A stretch of DNA of 64,000 nucleotides from Cladosporium halotolerans. Lineage: Eukaryota. Shown here in pieces: positions 37,597 to 50,619 of the stretch. The number at the start of each line of letters is the position of its first letter. Position 1 is the stretch's first letter. The DNA lies in NCBI RefSeq assembly GCF_011745625.1, contig NW_027191453.1:186001-250000 (forward strand), given 5' to 3'. The notes beneath the pieces are model-generated. The model saw only the letters and a program-made list of their open reading frames with translations, had not been told where the DNA came from and did not search any database. Both the position numbers and the translations under genes were made by a program.

Positions 37597-38340
37597 ATGC
37601 CTCCCCTCCGCACTTCGAAGAACCGCAAGCCGCCGCCCGAGGGCTTCGACGACATCGAAGACACGCTGCTCGAGTTCGGCAACAAAATGAAAGACGCCGA
37701 GAACGCCTCGCACGAGGGCAAGAAGAAGCACGAGATGCTGTGGCCGGTCTTCCAGATCACGCACCAGCGTACGTATGCCCTTGGCTGAAGGAAAGCGCCA
37801 GTCGGGCGCGCGACGACCGAGAACCGCTCGAACACCACCTGCAAGAGTTTCTTTGCCGCCCGCTATTTTCTCTTGGAAATCAAAAAAAAGACACAGGGCA
37901 CCTAAGGTGAGACCATCGTTGCGTCTTGACCACAAGGCTGCGCCAGTGTCCCCTTTCGCGGGCGTTCGCGCGCACGACACTAACGTTTTGGGGTTGCTAT
38001 AGGCTCGCGATACATCTACGATCTGTACTATGAGAAGGAGGCGATCAGCAAGCAGCTCTACGACTGGCTGCTCAAGAACAACTACGCAGACGCCAATCTG
38101 ATCGCGAAGTGGAAGAAGCAGGGATATGAGAAGGTGAGATTGATATCTTTGGTACAAACAAGACAGGAAGGCATACTGACCATGTTTATTATGTAGCTGT
38201 GCTGCTTGCGATGCATTCAGACAAAGGAGACAAACTTCAACAGCACGTGCATCTGCCGTGTGCCGAGGGAGCAGTTGAAGCAGGACCAGGAGATTCAGTG
38301 CGTTAGCTGTGGGTGCAGAGGCTGCTCAAGCAACGACTAG
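37597..38340 (+). CDS. BUD31: Pre-mRNA splicing factor Bud31/G10/Cwf14 (introns 37769-38002, 38134-38196)
   Basis: [66 protein letters not shown]. Confidence 0.95.
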
Positions 38341-38598
38341 AGTGCACATGGGCGTCTTTCCATGTCGGAAATATGGCAATCGACCCACGACTGAAAACGA
38401 GTTAAGTCCTCTCAGGGTGCGTAGCGGAGTGTTGTGGTTTGGGGCTAGGGAGAAGCATACGAGACCCGATGACAAGCAGCGTTGAGGGAGGAACGGAAAC
38501 AGCGATCACCAAGCAGAGCGTGAGCTGAAAAGTGCTAGGAAAAGTGCTAGGGAAGCTACATCATGAACTCATGAAAGTCTAATTGTATGTTGATTCTG

Positions 38599-41451
38599 CT
38601 ATGAGAAACTCAACGAGCTTCCCGGCCTTAGATTATCTCCTGGCCATGAGTTTGAATCGGGCGCAATATCGGACACTCTCGGAGTAGCCGGCTCGCTCTG
38701 AACTTCGGGCACCTCCTTCCAATCAGCCTCATCCTCGCTCTCGGCTTCCATGTTGTCAGACGCAGGCGGATCAACCGTGATGTTCGGCGTGCTAAACGTA
38801 GCATCTCTGCTTTGTGGCCGACTATCCATGTCATCAGTCGCATGTCCACCCACTGGCTCAGTAGAGTGCCGCCATAGTTTCTTCCTGAACAGAGAAACAG
38901 GGCTGCGATTCTCCGGACTACAGTCCTCAGGAGACCGGCTACCTGGAGGACTCTCCCAGCCGGCGCGTATGAGAGCCGCCTGAGACTTGTTCATCATCTG
39001 CTGCAGGAGCGGCATTTCAACCAGTGCGCTGTTGCCAGCGCGGTTGAAAAGGACGAGAGCGAGGCAGAGGAGGAGCAGCGTGGACTGCACGATGCCCATG
39101 CGCTTCTGCCACACCAGCTCGTCGGCGACGAGGGTCAGGCGGGTGCTGAGGGCGAGCATTTCGCGCTGGTACTGCTCTCGCTGGCCTTCGAGCTCGATGA
39201 CGGTGCTTTGCCAGAGCTGGTCGTAGGCTTGCCGGAAGCCTTGCAGCTCGCCCATGACCGTACTGTTCAGGTTCGAGAGGAAGTTGGTGGTGGCTGTCAC
39301 CTGGCGTTTCTCGACTTTGCTGAAAGCATCTCGCAAGATGCGTGATTGTTCTTCGATGTACTGCAGACTTAGAGTGCTGTTGCTCTCGAGCTGCTGTAGA
39401 CGCTTGTGTACTGATTTGAAGAAGGACTCCTGGGTTGACGGCTGGGCTGGCTGGGCGGAGGTGCTGCTCGGTGCCGAGCGAGTTGACTCGGTTGTCGGCA
39501 CGGAGCCTTTGTTCGAGTGGCTTACAGCAGTCTCATCCCGCGAGTGTCCAACAGACTGTGCACTCGTTGTGCTTGAAGTAGTATCAGGAGTCTGCTGACT
39601 ACTTTTTGGTGATGGCCCGGAAGCGTCGGATTTCTCGTCCGCAGGAGGTGTACCACTTGTGCTGCTCTGGACGGCAATTGGCGAGGTGGATGTTTTAGGA
39701 TCATTAGAGCTTCTTGTAGCTCTGGCCTCGCTGCTTAACCTGTCTTGCGTACTTGGTGAAGGTGTGGCGTGCACTGGTGAGGCATTGGATGGCTCTGGCT
39801 TGTGGTTTGTGCTGGGGCTTGGTGCCGTCGCTTTGTCCAGAGGGACCGAGGATGGGGAATTCGTCACGCATGATGGGAAAGTGAAGATGAAGTGCTGAAC
39901 AGAATCGATATCGCTGGCATTTGCCTCGCATTTATCGAGGTCGTCGACCGGAACGTCATCGGGAGTCACTTGGTCTGTTCGCCCGGCGGCTGTGCTGTGA
40001 CGCGTCAAAGCTGTTGTTTCAGGGAAGCTCGTCTCAACCCCAGTCGCAATCCCGTCTTCATTCTTCTGAGTTTCAGAATGATCGAAAGACGGCTCCTGAG
40101 GAATTGTGGTCTGCGCGGGGACTTCCGGCTCGACGACAGGCTCGTCGTCCTGTGGCTCCCCACGCGCGATTTCTTCTTGATGTCTGAATTCATCCATCAT
40201 CGTAGTGCCATGCACACGCAGTAAGCTGACTGGGCAATAATACTCATTGCCGTAGTGGCTGAGGAATTCGATTCTCAAGTATCTTGCCCAGATTAGAGGG
40301 TTTTCGATGAGAAATGCTTGCACCTCTCGAGTATTTCTTGCTTCGAAGGTGCCAAGATCCTTCCATTTCTCCATCTTCACAGGATATCGGTCAGAGACTG
40401 ATATACGGAAGTGTCTGAAGATAGAGCTGAAAAACTCGTAGTTTGCAAGCACAATCGTGTCGACCAAGATGTCGCTGCAGAGCTCCACGATGACGAATTT
40501 GTTGTCAGCAGAGCATTTGTTGAGCATGTAGCTGTCCTTGTTCTCGACCAAGATCGCAGAGCCAGATTTGCTTTCAGGGTTGTTCTTCAGGATGGTAGCA
40601 GCACAGTCAAAAGAGGCATAATTAGTACGCTCTTTGCAGGTCTTGCCTGCATCCTTTGAGCGTGCGGTTTGGTGGCTCAGCGCCGTTTGCGAGCTCGCAG
40701 CATCATTCGAGCCAGAGACAGATCGTTCTTGACGAGGATCATCGTGACTCGCGCCGAAGCCAGAAAAGTCCAGCTCAATTTCATTCTCCTCGCCCAGGAC
40801 ATCGAGGGCGTTGTTAATACCAGGCCGCCTCCTCTCTCCATCGATATGTTGACTGCGTGTTCCAATGTTCTCAGGAGATTGTCCGGCTTTGGCCAAGTTC
40901 TGTCGTTTCCATTCTTCGAAAGACAGAAAATTCGCGTTGTCCAGGGGAGAGTCCGTGTCGGCCTCGGGTTCATGCGCGGTTTCAACAGGGGGCTCGCTGG
41001 CAGTTTTCGTAGCGGGAGCACTCGTACTTTCATCTTCTGAAGATGCACTGGCCGTGACTGGCTTCACATCACTGCTAGGGGTCACGCTAGTACCCGCAGA
41101 AGTCGCCCTCGGTTCCGTGTCGCTAACATCGTAAGAGATATCCTGAGTAGGGCTAGATGCCGCAACATCCGTGGAGCTACCATCCGTGGCATTTGCAGAC
41201 TGCGTGGAGGCACGGTTCGTCCTCAGACACTGCTGCGGCAGTGAGTGCGTGATGTAGTTTGCGGTCCGGCTGTGGCAAGTCGCATTCCCTAAAGTCGTCC
41301 AGCTGGCATTTGAAGTGTTCCCATCGGTAGACCGTGAGTTTCCAGAATCGTCCGGCCTCGAGGTAGTTGACGGTCCGTCTTGGGCGTGCGTTGACAGGGC
41401 GTTATTCAGAGATAAGAGAAATAGGATGGCGAGGCGCACGAGTGGCGGCAT
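38599..41451 (-). CDS. SLP1: ER membrane SUN-domain (Sad1/UNC-like) protein
   Basis: Signal peptide, FLSFEEWK, ERTNYASFDCAA, ENKDSYMLNKC, LANYEFFSS, HYGNEYYCPVSLLRVHG, QESFFKSVHKRLQQLESNSTLSLQYIEEQS and a C-terminal TM helix. Confidence 0.92.
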   Translation of the reverse strand: MPPLVRLAILFLLSLNNALSTHAQDGPSTTSRPDDSGNSRSTDGNTSNASWTTLGNATCHSRTANYITHSLPQQCLRTNRASTQSANATDGSSTDVAASSPTQDISYDVSDTEPRATSAGTSVTPSSDVKPVTASASSEDESTSAPATKTASEPPVETAHEPEADTDSPLDNANFLSFEEWKRQNLAKAGQSPENIGTRSQHIDGERRRPGINNALDVLGEENEIELDFSGFGASHDDPRQERSVSGSNDAASSQTALSHQTARSKDAGKTCKERTNYASFDCAATILKNNPESKSGSAILVENKDSYMLNKCSADNKFVIVELCSDILVDTIVLANYEFFSSIFRHFRISVSDRYPVKMEKWKDLGTFEARNTREVQAFLIENPLIWARYLRIEFLSHYGNEYYCPVSLLRVHGTTMMDEFRHQEEIARGEPQDDEPVVEPEVPAQTTIPQEPSFDHSETQKNEDGIATGVETSFPETTALTRHSTAAGRTDQVTPDDVPVDDLDKCEANASDIDSVQHFIFTFPSCVTNSPSSVPLDKATAPSPSTNHKPEPSNASPVHATPSPSTQDRLSSEARATRSSNDPKTSTSPIAVQSSTSGTPPADEKSDASGPSPKSSQQTPDTTSSTTSAQSVGHSRDETAVSHSNKGSVPTTESTRSAPSSTSAQPAQPSTQESFFKSVHKRLQQLESNSTLSLQYIEEQSRILRDAFSKVEKRQVTATTNFLSNLNSTVMGELQGFRQAYDQLWQSTVIELEGQREQYQREMLALSTRLTLVADELVWQKRMGIVQSTLLLLCLALVLFNRAGNSALVEMPLLQQMMNKSQAALIRAGWESPPGSRSPEDCSPENRSPVSLFRKKLWRHSTEPVGGHATDDMDSRPQSRDATFSTPNITVDPPASDNMEAESEDEADWKEVPEVQSEPATPRVSDIAPDSNSWPGDNLRPGSSLSFS

Positions 41452-44400
41452 GTCGCTATTGCATCCTCGGCCGCGCGCTTTCTGAGTTTGCGCTACAAAT
41501 CAAAGGCCAGCCATGAGAGTACAGTCAAGAATTCTGGGGTCTGAACTTCGGGATCCGTAACGTGGCAGTTCTAGTGCCTGGTGTGGCAGGACCTCGTCAA
41601 GTCTGGAAGTGCTTGGGTGTCACTCGGAAGCCGAAGCGGGCTCGTGCCAGTCAAGCGACAAGCAACAAGCGACCCTGTCTCGCTGGCCTGTCTGTGCATC
41701 GACTTTGGCCTGCAGTGTGCATTTCCTTGTTGGATTCCTGCTATTTCGAAGCAATTCACCTCTATTCGCTTACCTGACTCTGCTGGCACCAAAGTTACTT
41801 GCAAGGTTAACGTTGTCACATGGCTGAAAAGCCAATTGAGGTCTGAGGGCAACCGCACACGGCCGGCAATCCTGTCCACGCAAGTCTTCACCCATGGCAG
41901 GGATTTCGAGGCGTCCTTTAGTGCGACATGCCCTACCTCACGGCAGGGTTGTCCTTTGTGTCCACATTGGCCATTTATTTGCAGACTGCGCGTTCTCGAT
42001 GGTGTTGAATCCTCACCTTCATCTATGGTGGGATAGCGGAGCGTCCTGAAGGCTGGATAATACTCTAGTTGTTGGCGGTTTTGCATTTACAATGGGCTAA
42101 GGCGTCCAAGAACTTGCAAGTGAGCGTCTTCGCAAGCCATGGATTGTATAAGCTTAGTGCTCAGGATCAGGTCATTGTCAGCATGCAAAGTTGACCTAGA
42201 AGCGAGGCACCTGAGGACTGAGAGGTCGCTACCTAGTGCCCTTCCCGCCATCAGATCACACCACCGACCTTGTGATCATGCGAATGACCATTGAAAACAC
42301 CCGTAACATGCATTGAACTCAACAATATCTCCTAAACAAAGCACGCGCGGCCGACGCTGTCGCAAGCCATGCGTGGAGCACATGCCGGTAAAGCTTTTGC
42401 GTCGTGTTTCGCAACAGAAAGCTTTCAGGATTCCGGATCCTACGGCGTTTTACAGCACGATGTCGCACGGCGTGTGGTCCGCCTTGTGTCCAGCGTCTGG
42501 AACTTTGCAGCTCAACTGCAGCGATGTTGCCTGAAGGCGCTGATGAAATGCGGACCGCAAGGGCACCGCGAGCGACAATTTTCACCGCCACTGCTGTTGA
42601 CGCCAATTCAGGCTGAGACAACTGTGTCGGTCGGCCTATGGCGCTCGCATCGCCGGCCGGCGATGACGCTCCTGTGCGCCCTGCAAAGCACTATGGCTTG
42701 GGCGCACCGCCTCGTTAAAGCGCGCAGGCTGTGCGCGCATACAGTAGTCAGAAGGTGATGAGGGTGCGTGACCGTGACCGTGCGGCCGGAAGGATCTTCC
42801 AGCGTCCCAGCCCAACACCGTGGCCGCCTGTTCACCAAGATCTAGACGCAAGCATGGCGTACGTGTTGAGATGAGGTGTCTATGGGCCAATCTGGCTCGG
42901 CCTGGCGCGCTGCCACTCCGCGTGACGGTCTACATAAGCTTCGAACCTTCAATGTGCCCGCGCGATTTGAGTGTGAAACGAGCGCCCGACAGGCGCGACG
43001 AGGCAGATAGCAAAGTCTATTGCCGCGTGCATGTACCCAGGTACCGACGCCAGCAATTAATGCCATTGGATGCTCGCGGAATCCCCTCGATGCCAGATCC
43101 TGTCATCAAGCCGGCGAGGTACCTGCAGCTGGCCTTTTCGAGCTGGCCTGCGTCGTGTGCGCTTGAGCTGGATGCTTGCGGTTCATGCAGAGGGAGCGGA
43201 TGGCTTCGGTGTCTGCTGATGGGCAGAGCTGGAGCTCCTTCGGCTCTCGAGCGATCGGCAGCGGCTGGATTGCTCTGCGCCCAACGTGCGGGCGGAGAGG
43301 CGAGTGCCGGCGGCTCGCCTTGCGTCTCCTGCGACGCTGGGCCTTGATCTACGATGGAGTGCGCGAGTGTGTCGAGGCCGGCGAGCGCGATGAACAGGTG
43401 TTCGGACAGGCAGAGGCAAGGCAGAGAGGCACGCGAGTGGCCAATGGCCATGTGCGGCACCGGCTGACCACGCCTCTGGCACTGGCGCAGCGGTGCCCAC
43501 AAGCTCCGAAATTAACAAGAGCTCCCTCGCTCGCTCGTCCAGCGGCAGAGAGGCGCTAGGCCGGCGCGTGATTCGAGCCCTGCAAGTGACGGCATCTCCA
43601 CCCACTGACGTAGCGCGGCGGCGGCGCTCGATATTCACCGGGACACGTGCGTGTGAAGACGCAGCGCGCGCGGCGGCCGCTCAGGACGGCGAGCAGGGCG
43701 ACGGCGGTGCCTTCGAAACACGCTACACGCGCGATGTGCGCTGCCAGCGGAGGCGCGAGTGAGGCCCGGCGAAGGCTGTCGAGTGTTTCAGCGGGCTCAG
43801 GTGCCGCCAAGGCCACAACCTCGAACGTCGAGGGCATGTGACCTGTCTGGCTGGCGAGCGCCGTCTAGCGGCCCCACTTGGACACGGGTTTGGAGGTGTT
43901 GGAGGAGATCGAGTTACATGATGGCAGAGATCGAGGCCGTCAGTCTGGACATGGCAGCGACCCGCGCGGCGAGGCTGCTGGACGAGGCCTTGCGCGTGTG
44001 AGTGTGAGTGTGAGTGCCGCAGTAGATGGGTAGGAAGGCAGCCTGTATGTATCTGTACACACCGTGTATGGAACTACTACCTAGGTGTGGTCAACGGCAC
44101 GCAACAATGCCCGCGGGCACGTGAGGCAGAGGCTGAGAGCCGGGCTGCAGGCTGCGAGGCTGTCGCCGGCGCCCGACCCCGTGACCCGTGGCCCGCGAGC
44201 CTGCCATGCGCGAACCCACTCCCGCTGGCTGGCTGGCTGGCTGGCTTGCTGGTGACCGCCGCCAGCAGTGAGGGGTTGGCCTCTGCGCTGCATCCGCGCC
44301 GTGCATCTGCCTCCAGCACCGCCGGTGATCTCCAAGCCCGCCCGCCCTCTGCGTCTCTGTGTCTGTCCAACCTGCTACCGCCTCTGCCTCTGCCTCCGCC

Positions 44401-44838
44401 TCCGACCACCTCCTGCGCGCCATCGCCAGCCTGCCTCGCCCGCCGTAGAGCCCCAACCCGCACGCACGCCCTCTCGTCCACGTGCTGCCAGCTCGCTGCC
44501 GCAGCCGGGCGCGCCTTCCCGCCAAACAACACCCCGGCCGTACGGCGCCCGACCAGCTCAGCGTCACCCGCCTCGTCGCCCTCAACACACACCACCCACC
44601 ACCCATACCACCACCGCATCACCGCCCGCGCCCGCGCCTGCCCAGCACGCACGCTGCCTGTGCCCGCATCGCGCCGCCTCACCCTCACCTCCACGCCTCT
44701 CGCACGCCTCGCGTGTAAACAAACCACCGCCCGCCCACGCCGCCCGCCCGCCCGACTTTCACCCGCTGTCGCTGCGCCCCCACACCGTGACTACGTCCTG
44801 CGCAGTCACCCACCCCAGCTCCAGACACACGCCCCGAC

Positions 44839-46358
44839 ATGTCCCAGAACAGGCCGTCGGCCTTTTCGAGCTTGAGAATGGGAGGTACGTAGACCCGATG
44901 CGTCCGTCCCCGTCGCAATGCCGCGTCCGGTGCTGACCCTCCGTGCAGAAGTCATCCGTGAGAAGGTCCAGGACGGCCTGACCGGCGAGACCAAGGAGAT
45001 GCAGTACACCCAGTGTAAGATCGTTGGCAATGGCTCCTTCGGCGTCGTCTTCCAGACCAAGCTCTCGCCGTCGGGGGAGGATGCCGCCATCAAGCGCGTG
45101 CTGCAGGACAAGCGCTTCAAGGTAGGTCTCTATGAATCCGCGTATCCTCACCCTCCATTGCACCCGCTGACTCCGCGCAGAACAGAGAGCTGCAGATCAT
45201 GCGCATCGTCCGCCATCCCAACATCGTCGAGCTCAAGGCGTTCTACTACTCCAACGGAGACCGGGTACGCGAAACAGATACACTCATGGGTGTGCAAACA
45301 GCTCTGATGGCAGCGCAGAAGGATGAGGTGTACCTGAACCTAGTTCTCGAATTTGTCCCGGAGACCGTTTACCGCGCCAGCCGCCACTTCAACAAAATCA
45401 AAACCACCATGCCTATCCTCGAGGTCAAGCTGTACATCTACCAGCTTTTCCGCTCTCTCGCCTACATCCACAGCCAGGGCATCTGCCACAGAGACATCAA
45501 GCCGCAGAACCTGCTTTTGGACCCGAACTCTGGCATCTTGAAGCTTTGCGATTTCGGCAGCGCAAAGATCCTGGTGGAGAACGAGCCGAACGTTTCATAC
45601 ATCTGCTCGCGTTACTACCGCGCTCCGGAGCTCATTTTTGGCGCTACAAACTACACTACAAAGATCGGTATGGCCATCAAGAGTTATCGCGTGAATGATG
45701 ACATGTGATGCTGACAAATCCTAGATGTCTGGTCGACAGGCTGCGTGATGGCTGAGCTGATGCTCGGTCAGCCGCTCTTCCCTGGTGAATCCGGTATCGA
45801 CCAGCTGGTGGAGATCATTAAAGTGCTGGGCACTCCGACACGCGATCAGATCCGCACCATGAACCCCAACTATATGGAGCACAAGTTCCCGCAGATCAAG
45901 CCTCATCCGTTCAATAAGGTCCGAATTCATCGAAAATTGAAAAATGACGCAAGACTAATGCTTCGCAGGTGTTCCGGAAGGCAGACCCGAATGCGATTGA
46001 CCTCATCTCAAAACTCCTCGAGTACACGCCTACGCAGCGTCTGTCCGCGATTGACGCTATGGTGCACCCGTTCTTTGACGAGCTGAGGGACCCCAACATC
46101 AAGCTGCCCGATTCGCGTCACGCCGGCGGGGCGCCCAAGGACATGCCCAACCTTTTCGAGTTCACCCACCACGGTAAGTCATTGATCCCTCCCCCTTGAC
46201 ATGGACACCTCTGATTCTCAAAAGAACTCTCAATCGCACCTCACCTCAACCACCAACTCGTTCCCGCGCACCTCAAGCCCGTCTTGGCCGCGAAGGGTCT
46301 CGACATCGACAACCTCCAGCCCTTGACGAAAGATCAGATGATGGCTCGGTTGGATTGA
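44839..46358 (+). CDS. GSK3: Glycogen synthase kinase 3 (introns 44885-44948, 45122-45180, 45265-45318, 45668-45724, 45919-45968, 46174-46224)
   Basis: [55 protein letters not shown] and PQIKPHP; all six introns preserve frame. Confidence 0.96.
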
Positions 46359-47831
46359 GAGGGCCCTCTCATGAAAAAGAAAAGCAAGCTAGCTCTCTGA
46401 ACGGGAACGAAGGAAAGTGTCAAGAGCAACAAAAGCATTGAGAGCCACCAACGTCACGAGACCACGCAGCGATGCATTTTGTCTTTGGATCGATAACCAC
46501 GGCGTTGCTAAAGCCGGTTGTACCCCCGGCGTCTCTGGCGTAAAAGAAAAAGTGCAAGGCTGATCAAAGGGGGGAGAGCCCGGATGGCAAAACTATGCCC
46601 GAGCGGCCAGATGGGAAGGGGGGAACCAAACGAGGGGTTTGGGTTTTGGGAAAGCAGCAAATGGGAAAGATACATCTGTTTTGATGACACGGTCTGCGCT
46701 TTATCAAGAGCGTGGGAAGAGAAGCGAGAGAAAGATGGCTTGCTGCCCCTTCCATTCTATCCGACCGTGTTTGTTGTTTTTCTGTCTGAAATTCTTCTAT
46801 TTGCCAGCTTTTTTTCCTCTGCAGCAGCGCGAAAGACTCTGCAAGAAGGGGAAGATTATGTTCCATTTTTTTCCCTCTTATGTCTCCTCTCTCTCTTCGC
46901 GTCAAAAACTGCATGTTTCTCGTGATGTCGATTTTTCGATACATGCCGTGGGTTTAACCTTTGGCGCTCCGGGCAGTGGCTGGCTCCACTAGGACCAGCC
47001 TTCTTTGGAGACGTCCCGTTGTCGCTGAGTATCTCACACTTCACGTGGTTGGCCATGGACGTTTGAAAAAGACTGGTCGGTCGGCTACAAGTGTCAGCTT
47101 TGCTGTTTTATCTCCCACCGGACCAGAGAATACGTCCAGTTTGCGGACATAGTTACTACAAATTTCGTCTTTCTCGTGTAGCACAGGCAATAGATCGGGC
47201 ACTCCGCAGCTGGCGTGGCACTTTCTGATTGTTCGCAAGCCTCCGGGGGCTGTCAGGTGGCGAGGCGGATCTTGGAGACCTGAGAGAGCATTTGGTCGAG
47301 GAACACGTACTGGTACCATTGTCTGAGGCTTCTTCCTAGTTTTACTGCAGTGGTCGACGTTGATTGCTATTTGATCTCGAGTCGGATCATCTGAAAGCTG
47401 CTAATCGTTGACGGTCCTGCAGTGTGTTGTCGCCGCTCATCAAGATTAGAACATCGTTCAAGGAACCACTGTGCAGATGAAGGTCCATTGCAGGCTTTCG
47501 AGATTCTCCTTTCCGGGTTGGGATAACCCATTAATTACTTGAGGCTGCTCCTTAGTCGATGCAGAAAATCAAGTGTAACCGGGAGAGCAGATATCGATTG
47601 AGTAGAGATACCAGAAATGTCATCGTATTTCTAAACAGAGAGGATCCAATGGCTCCCTTCGAGTAGTCAGGGTTAGGGTTGGGGTGAATGAGGTCCGCCT
47701 GCCTATTGAACGGCCTAGCTTGCAAGATGGCAGCCTAAGGCATCGAGCGCCGACGTAGCTTGTCGCGCGTTTCAAGAGCATAACGCGCAAGTTCCACCAT
47801 TGCGCAATCATCGACTGAACAATCTGCAAAC

Positions 47832-50619
47832 ATGGCCGACTACGATCGCCGCGACAATAGAGGTGCCGATAGGTACCGCGGAAGTGGTGGCGGAGGGAAG
47901 AGGAAGAGATACAGAGGTGAGCTCTCCCAGCCCCGAGTGAGCTTAAGGATACCATCCAAGACGATCTCTGCTCCAAGCGAACGAGCATTGATTGACGGTT
48001 TGTGCAGAGGACGACGACTACGAGCGCGACTACCGCAATCAGCGCCATCGCCCTGAAGCTCCGCCCGGCACGAGGATCAAGCGCGGCCTTCTCGACATCG
48101 CCGAGGATGCGAACGGCCGCCCGCCGCGCGACATCAAGGAACAGGCCGTCCATATCGCGAAGCTTGCGGCTGAACACTGGGACGATGAATACGTCAGGGA
48201 GACGTTCGGCACGGTCGCCATGAAGCTGTGAGCATATCTTTGGAGGAGCCCGAGTCAATGGTGGCATACTGATGGGTCGTAGGATTGTCGAGCAGCCGCT
48301 CAAGATTCCGTTCGTGGCCGGCACTGTGCTCTACGCCAACGACGAGAAGCCGGATGTGGCACAGGACATTCTGGGTCGCGTGGCTCCCATGTGCCAGGAG
48401 GCGCTGGACAAGGGCGACTGGAGGGGGTTCAAGCTGTTGCTGAGATTCCTGGCTTGTCTGTCGCCGCTCTACAAGGAGGATGGCATCGTACCTATTCTCG
48501 ACGAGCTGTTTAATAGGGCCGTCGATTTGCAGACGGCGTCACCCGAGGATGTCAGTACACGTGCTGCAAAGCAAGCCAAACTTGAGCTGACGAGTATTCC
48601 AGGTTGTGGGCATTGAGCTCGTCAAGATCATCTTGCTGACGGTACCTTACCTACTTGCCTCAGGCGAGCACGTCTCTCTGCAGCAGAGAGCTTCGGAGAT
48701 TCTGGAGAAGACGGAGATCGTGGCATCTGCCCCTCACGTCTTAGAGGCCCTCGTCGACCCCTATCCGTCCCGTGAAGGCGAGGAGAAACCGATGGCCTTC
48801 GGCAGCCTCATTGGGCTCCTGCAGCGCCAGCTGCAAGGCGAAGCTGCGAGTGGGTGGAAGCTGGCTTGCATCCCTCGTGTTTACGAGCCGCGCTCCAAGT
48901 CCAACGGCGCAGCAGACGGTGAAGCAAACGGCGATGCTGAGCAATCCGTCGCTTCCCAGCACGCGTTCCCTGCCATTACCGTTCCTTCGCCGATCAACCC
49001 CGGGCCGAAGCCGCTCTTCCCTGATGTCTTCTTCTCGCTGTATGCCGACCAGGAGATCGAGTCCGTCCCGCCCACTGCCAACATCGCGGCGTCTCTTGTG
49101 CGCGATGGGCTCGTAGACACCATCAACATTCTTGACTTCAACCGCAACGCTGCGGCCAAGATTCTGACCGAGATGGACAACTACTGGACGCCTGGTGCCT
49201 TTGCACGCCGCGAGACTGCCTTTGATAAGTTGCGCGACTTCTCCGCGGATGTGTCGAAATGGAAGCCGGAGGATGTCTCAGTCGATGCCATTTTCTCGCA
49301 GATCTTCCGCCTCCCAACATCGGAGCACAGATTGGTGTACTACCACTCGGTTATCACGGAGCTTTGCAAAATCTCACCAGCTGCGGTTGCTCCTAGTTTA
49401 GGTCGTGCCATCAGATTCCTGTTCCGCAGCCTCGAGTCTATGGACATGGAGCTCTCGTACCGATTCATGGATTGGTTCGCACACCACCTTAGCAATTTTG
49501 AGTTCAGGTGGAAATGGGGAGAATGGTAAGACTTCAGAGTGCCTCTCAAAAACTCGCAAACACTAACTTCTGAATAGGATCCCTGAGATAGACCTGCCTG
49601 AGATCCACCCCAAGAAGGCATTCATCAACGGAGTATTAGACAAGGAGATCAGGCTTTCCTTTGCCAAGCGCATCCGCGAGACACTGCCAGGCCCCTTCCA
49701 TCAACTGATCCCCGTAAGCAAGGAGAAAGACATGCCCGATTTCAAATACGCCGACGACAAGACGCCTTTTGCGCCTGAGGGGCGAGAGGTCCTGAGCCTG
49801 CTGAAGAAGAAGGCGCCTGAGGAGGACGTTCAGAAGATTCTGGATCAGGTGCAAGAGCAAGCCGCGGCACACGGCTTCGATGACCCTCTCGTTCCCAGCA
49901 CCGACATCTACATGACCGCCATTCTCAGCGTCGGCTCGAAATCTCTGTCACACGTGCTCTCCACGATCGATCGCTGCAAGGAGCGCCTGCTCGCAGTCGG
50001 CGATCAATCCCAACTTGCCCGCCGCCAGATCATCGGCTCCGTCGTCGACTTCTGGGTCGATCATCCCGGCAACGCCGTCAACATTGTCGACAAGCTCCTC
50101 AACTACCTTATCATCACGCCCATGTCCGTCATTGAATGGGCGCTGCAGGACCGCCTGGACCGCGGCCGCGCGCTCGCCTCCGCGCAGTGCTACGAGCTCA
50201 TCTCCATGACCATGCAGAAGGTGACCGAGCGCCTGGGCCAGATCGTCGAGACGCGCAATAATACCGCCGTCTCCTTCGACCAGCGCCAGCAGATCAACGA
50301 GGTCCTGCCGCGCGAGCGCCAGAGCGTCCGCGACATGTACGCCGCCATCGAGGACGCCGTCGCCGCCGTCGCCGGCGGGACTCAGGACGAGATGGTCGAG
50401 CGCTTCGACGACGGCAGCCCCGAGCGCGACTTGATCACGCTGTGGGGCGAGCGCTGGGCTCGCGTCTGGAGGCGCAAGGCTGCTGTCGAGGAGGCCGTTG
50501 TCAGCGACGCGGCTATTGGGCCGTTGGAGGAGCCTGAGCCTGAGCCGGAGCCTGTTGCTCCTGCTGCTGATGGTGGAGCTGCTGATCAGGGCATGGATAC
50601 TGTTGATGACGTTGAGTAA
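47832..50619 (+). CDS. STO1: Nuclear cap-binding complex large subunit CBP80 (introns 47917-48007, 48228-48282, 48551-48602, 49526-49577)
   Basis: N-terminal NLS GKRKRYR, MIF4G EQPLKIPFVA, YYHSVITELCK..APSLGRAIR, RFMDWFAHHLSNFEFRWKW, KEIRLSFAKRI, GSKSLSH. Confidence 0.93.

Noticed and set aside
41452..44838. Numerous ORFs between SLP1 and GSK3
   Set aside because: Overlapping, low-complexity and without motifs; better explained as a divergent promoter and a long GSK3 leader.
47668..47685. Telomere-like CAGGGTTAGGGTTGGGG upstream of CBC1/STO1
   Set aside because: Only one perfect TTAGGG unit, too short for an interstitial telomere; at most a promoter site.
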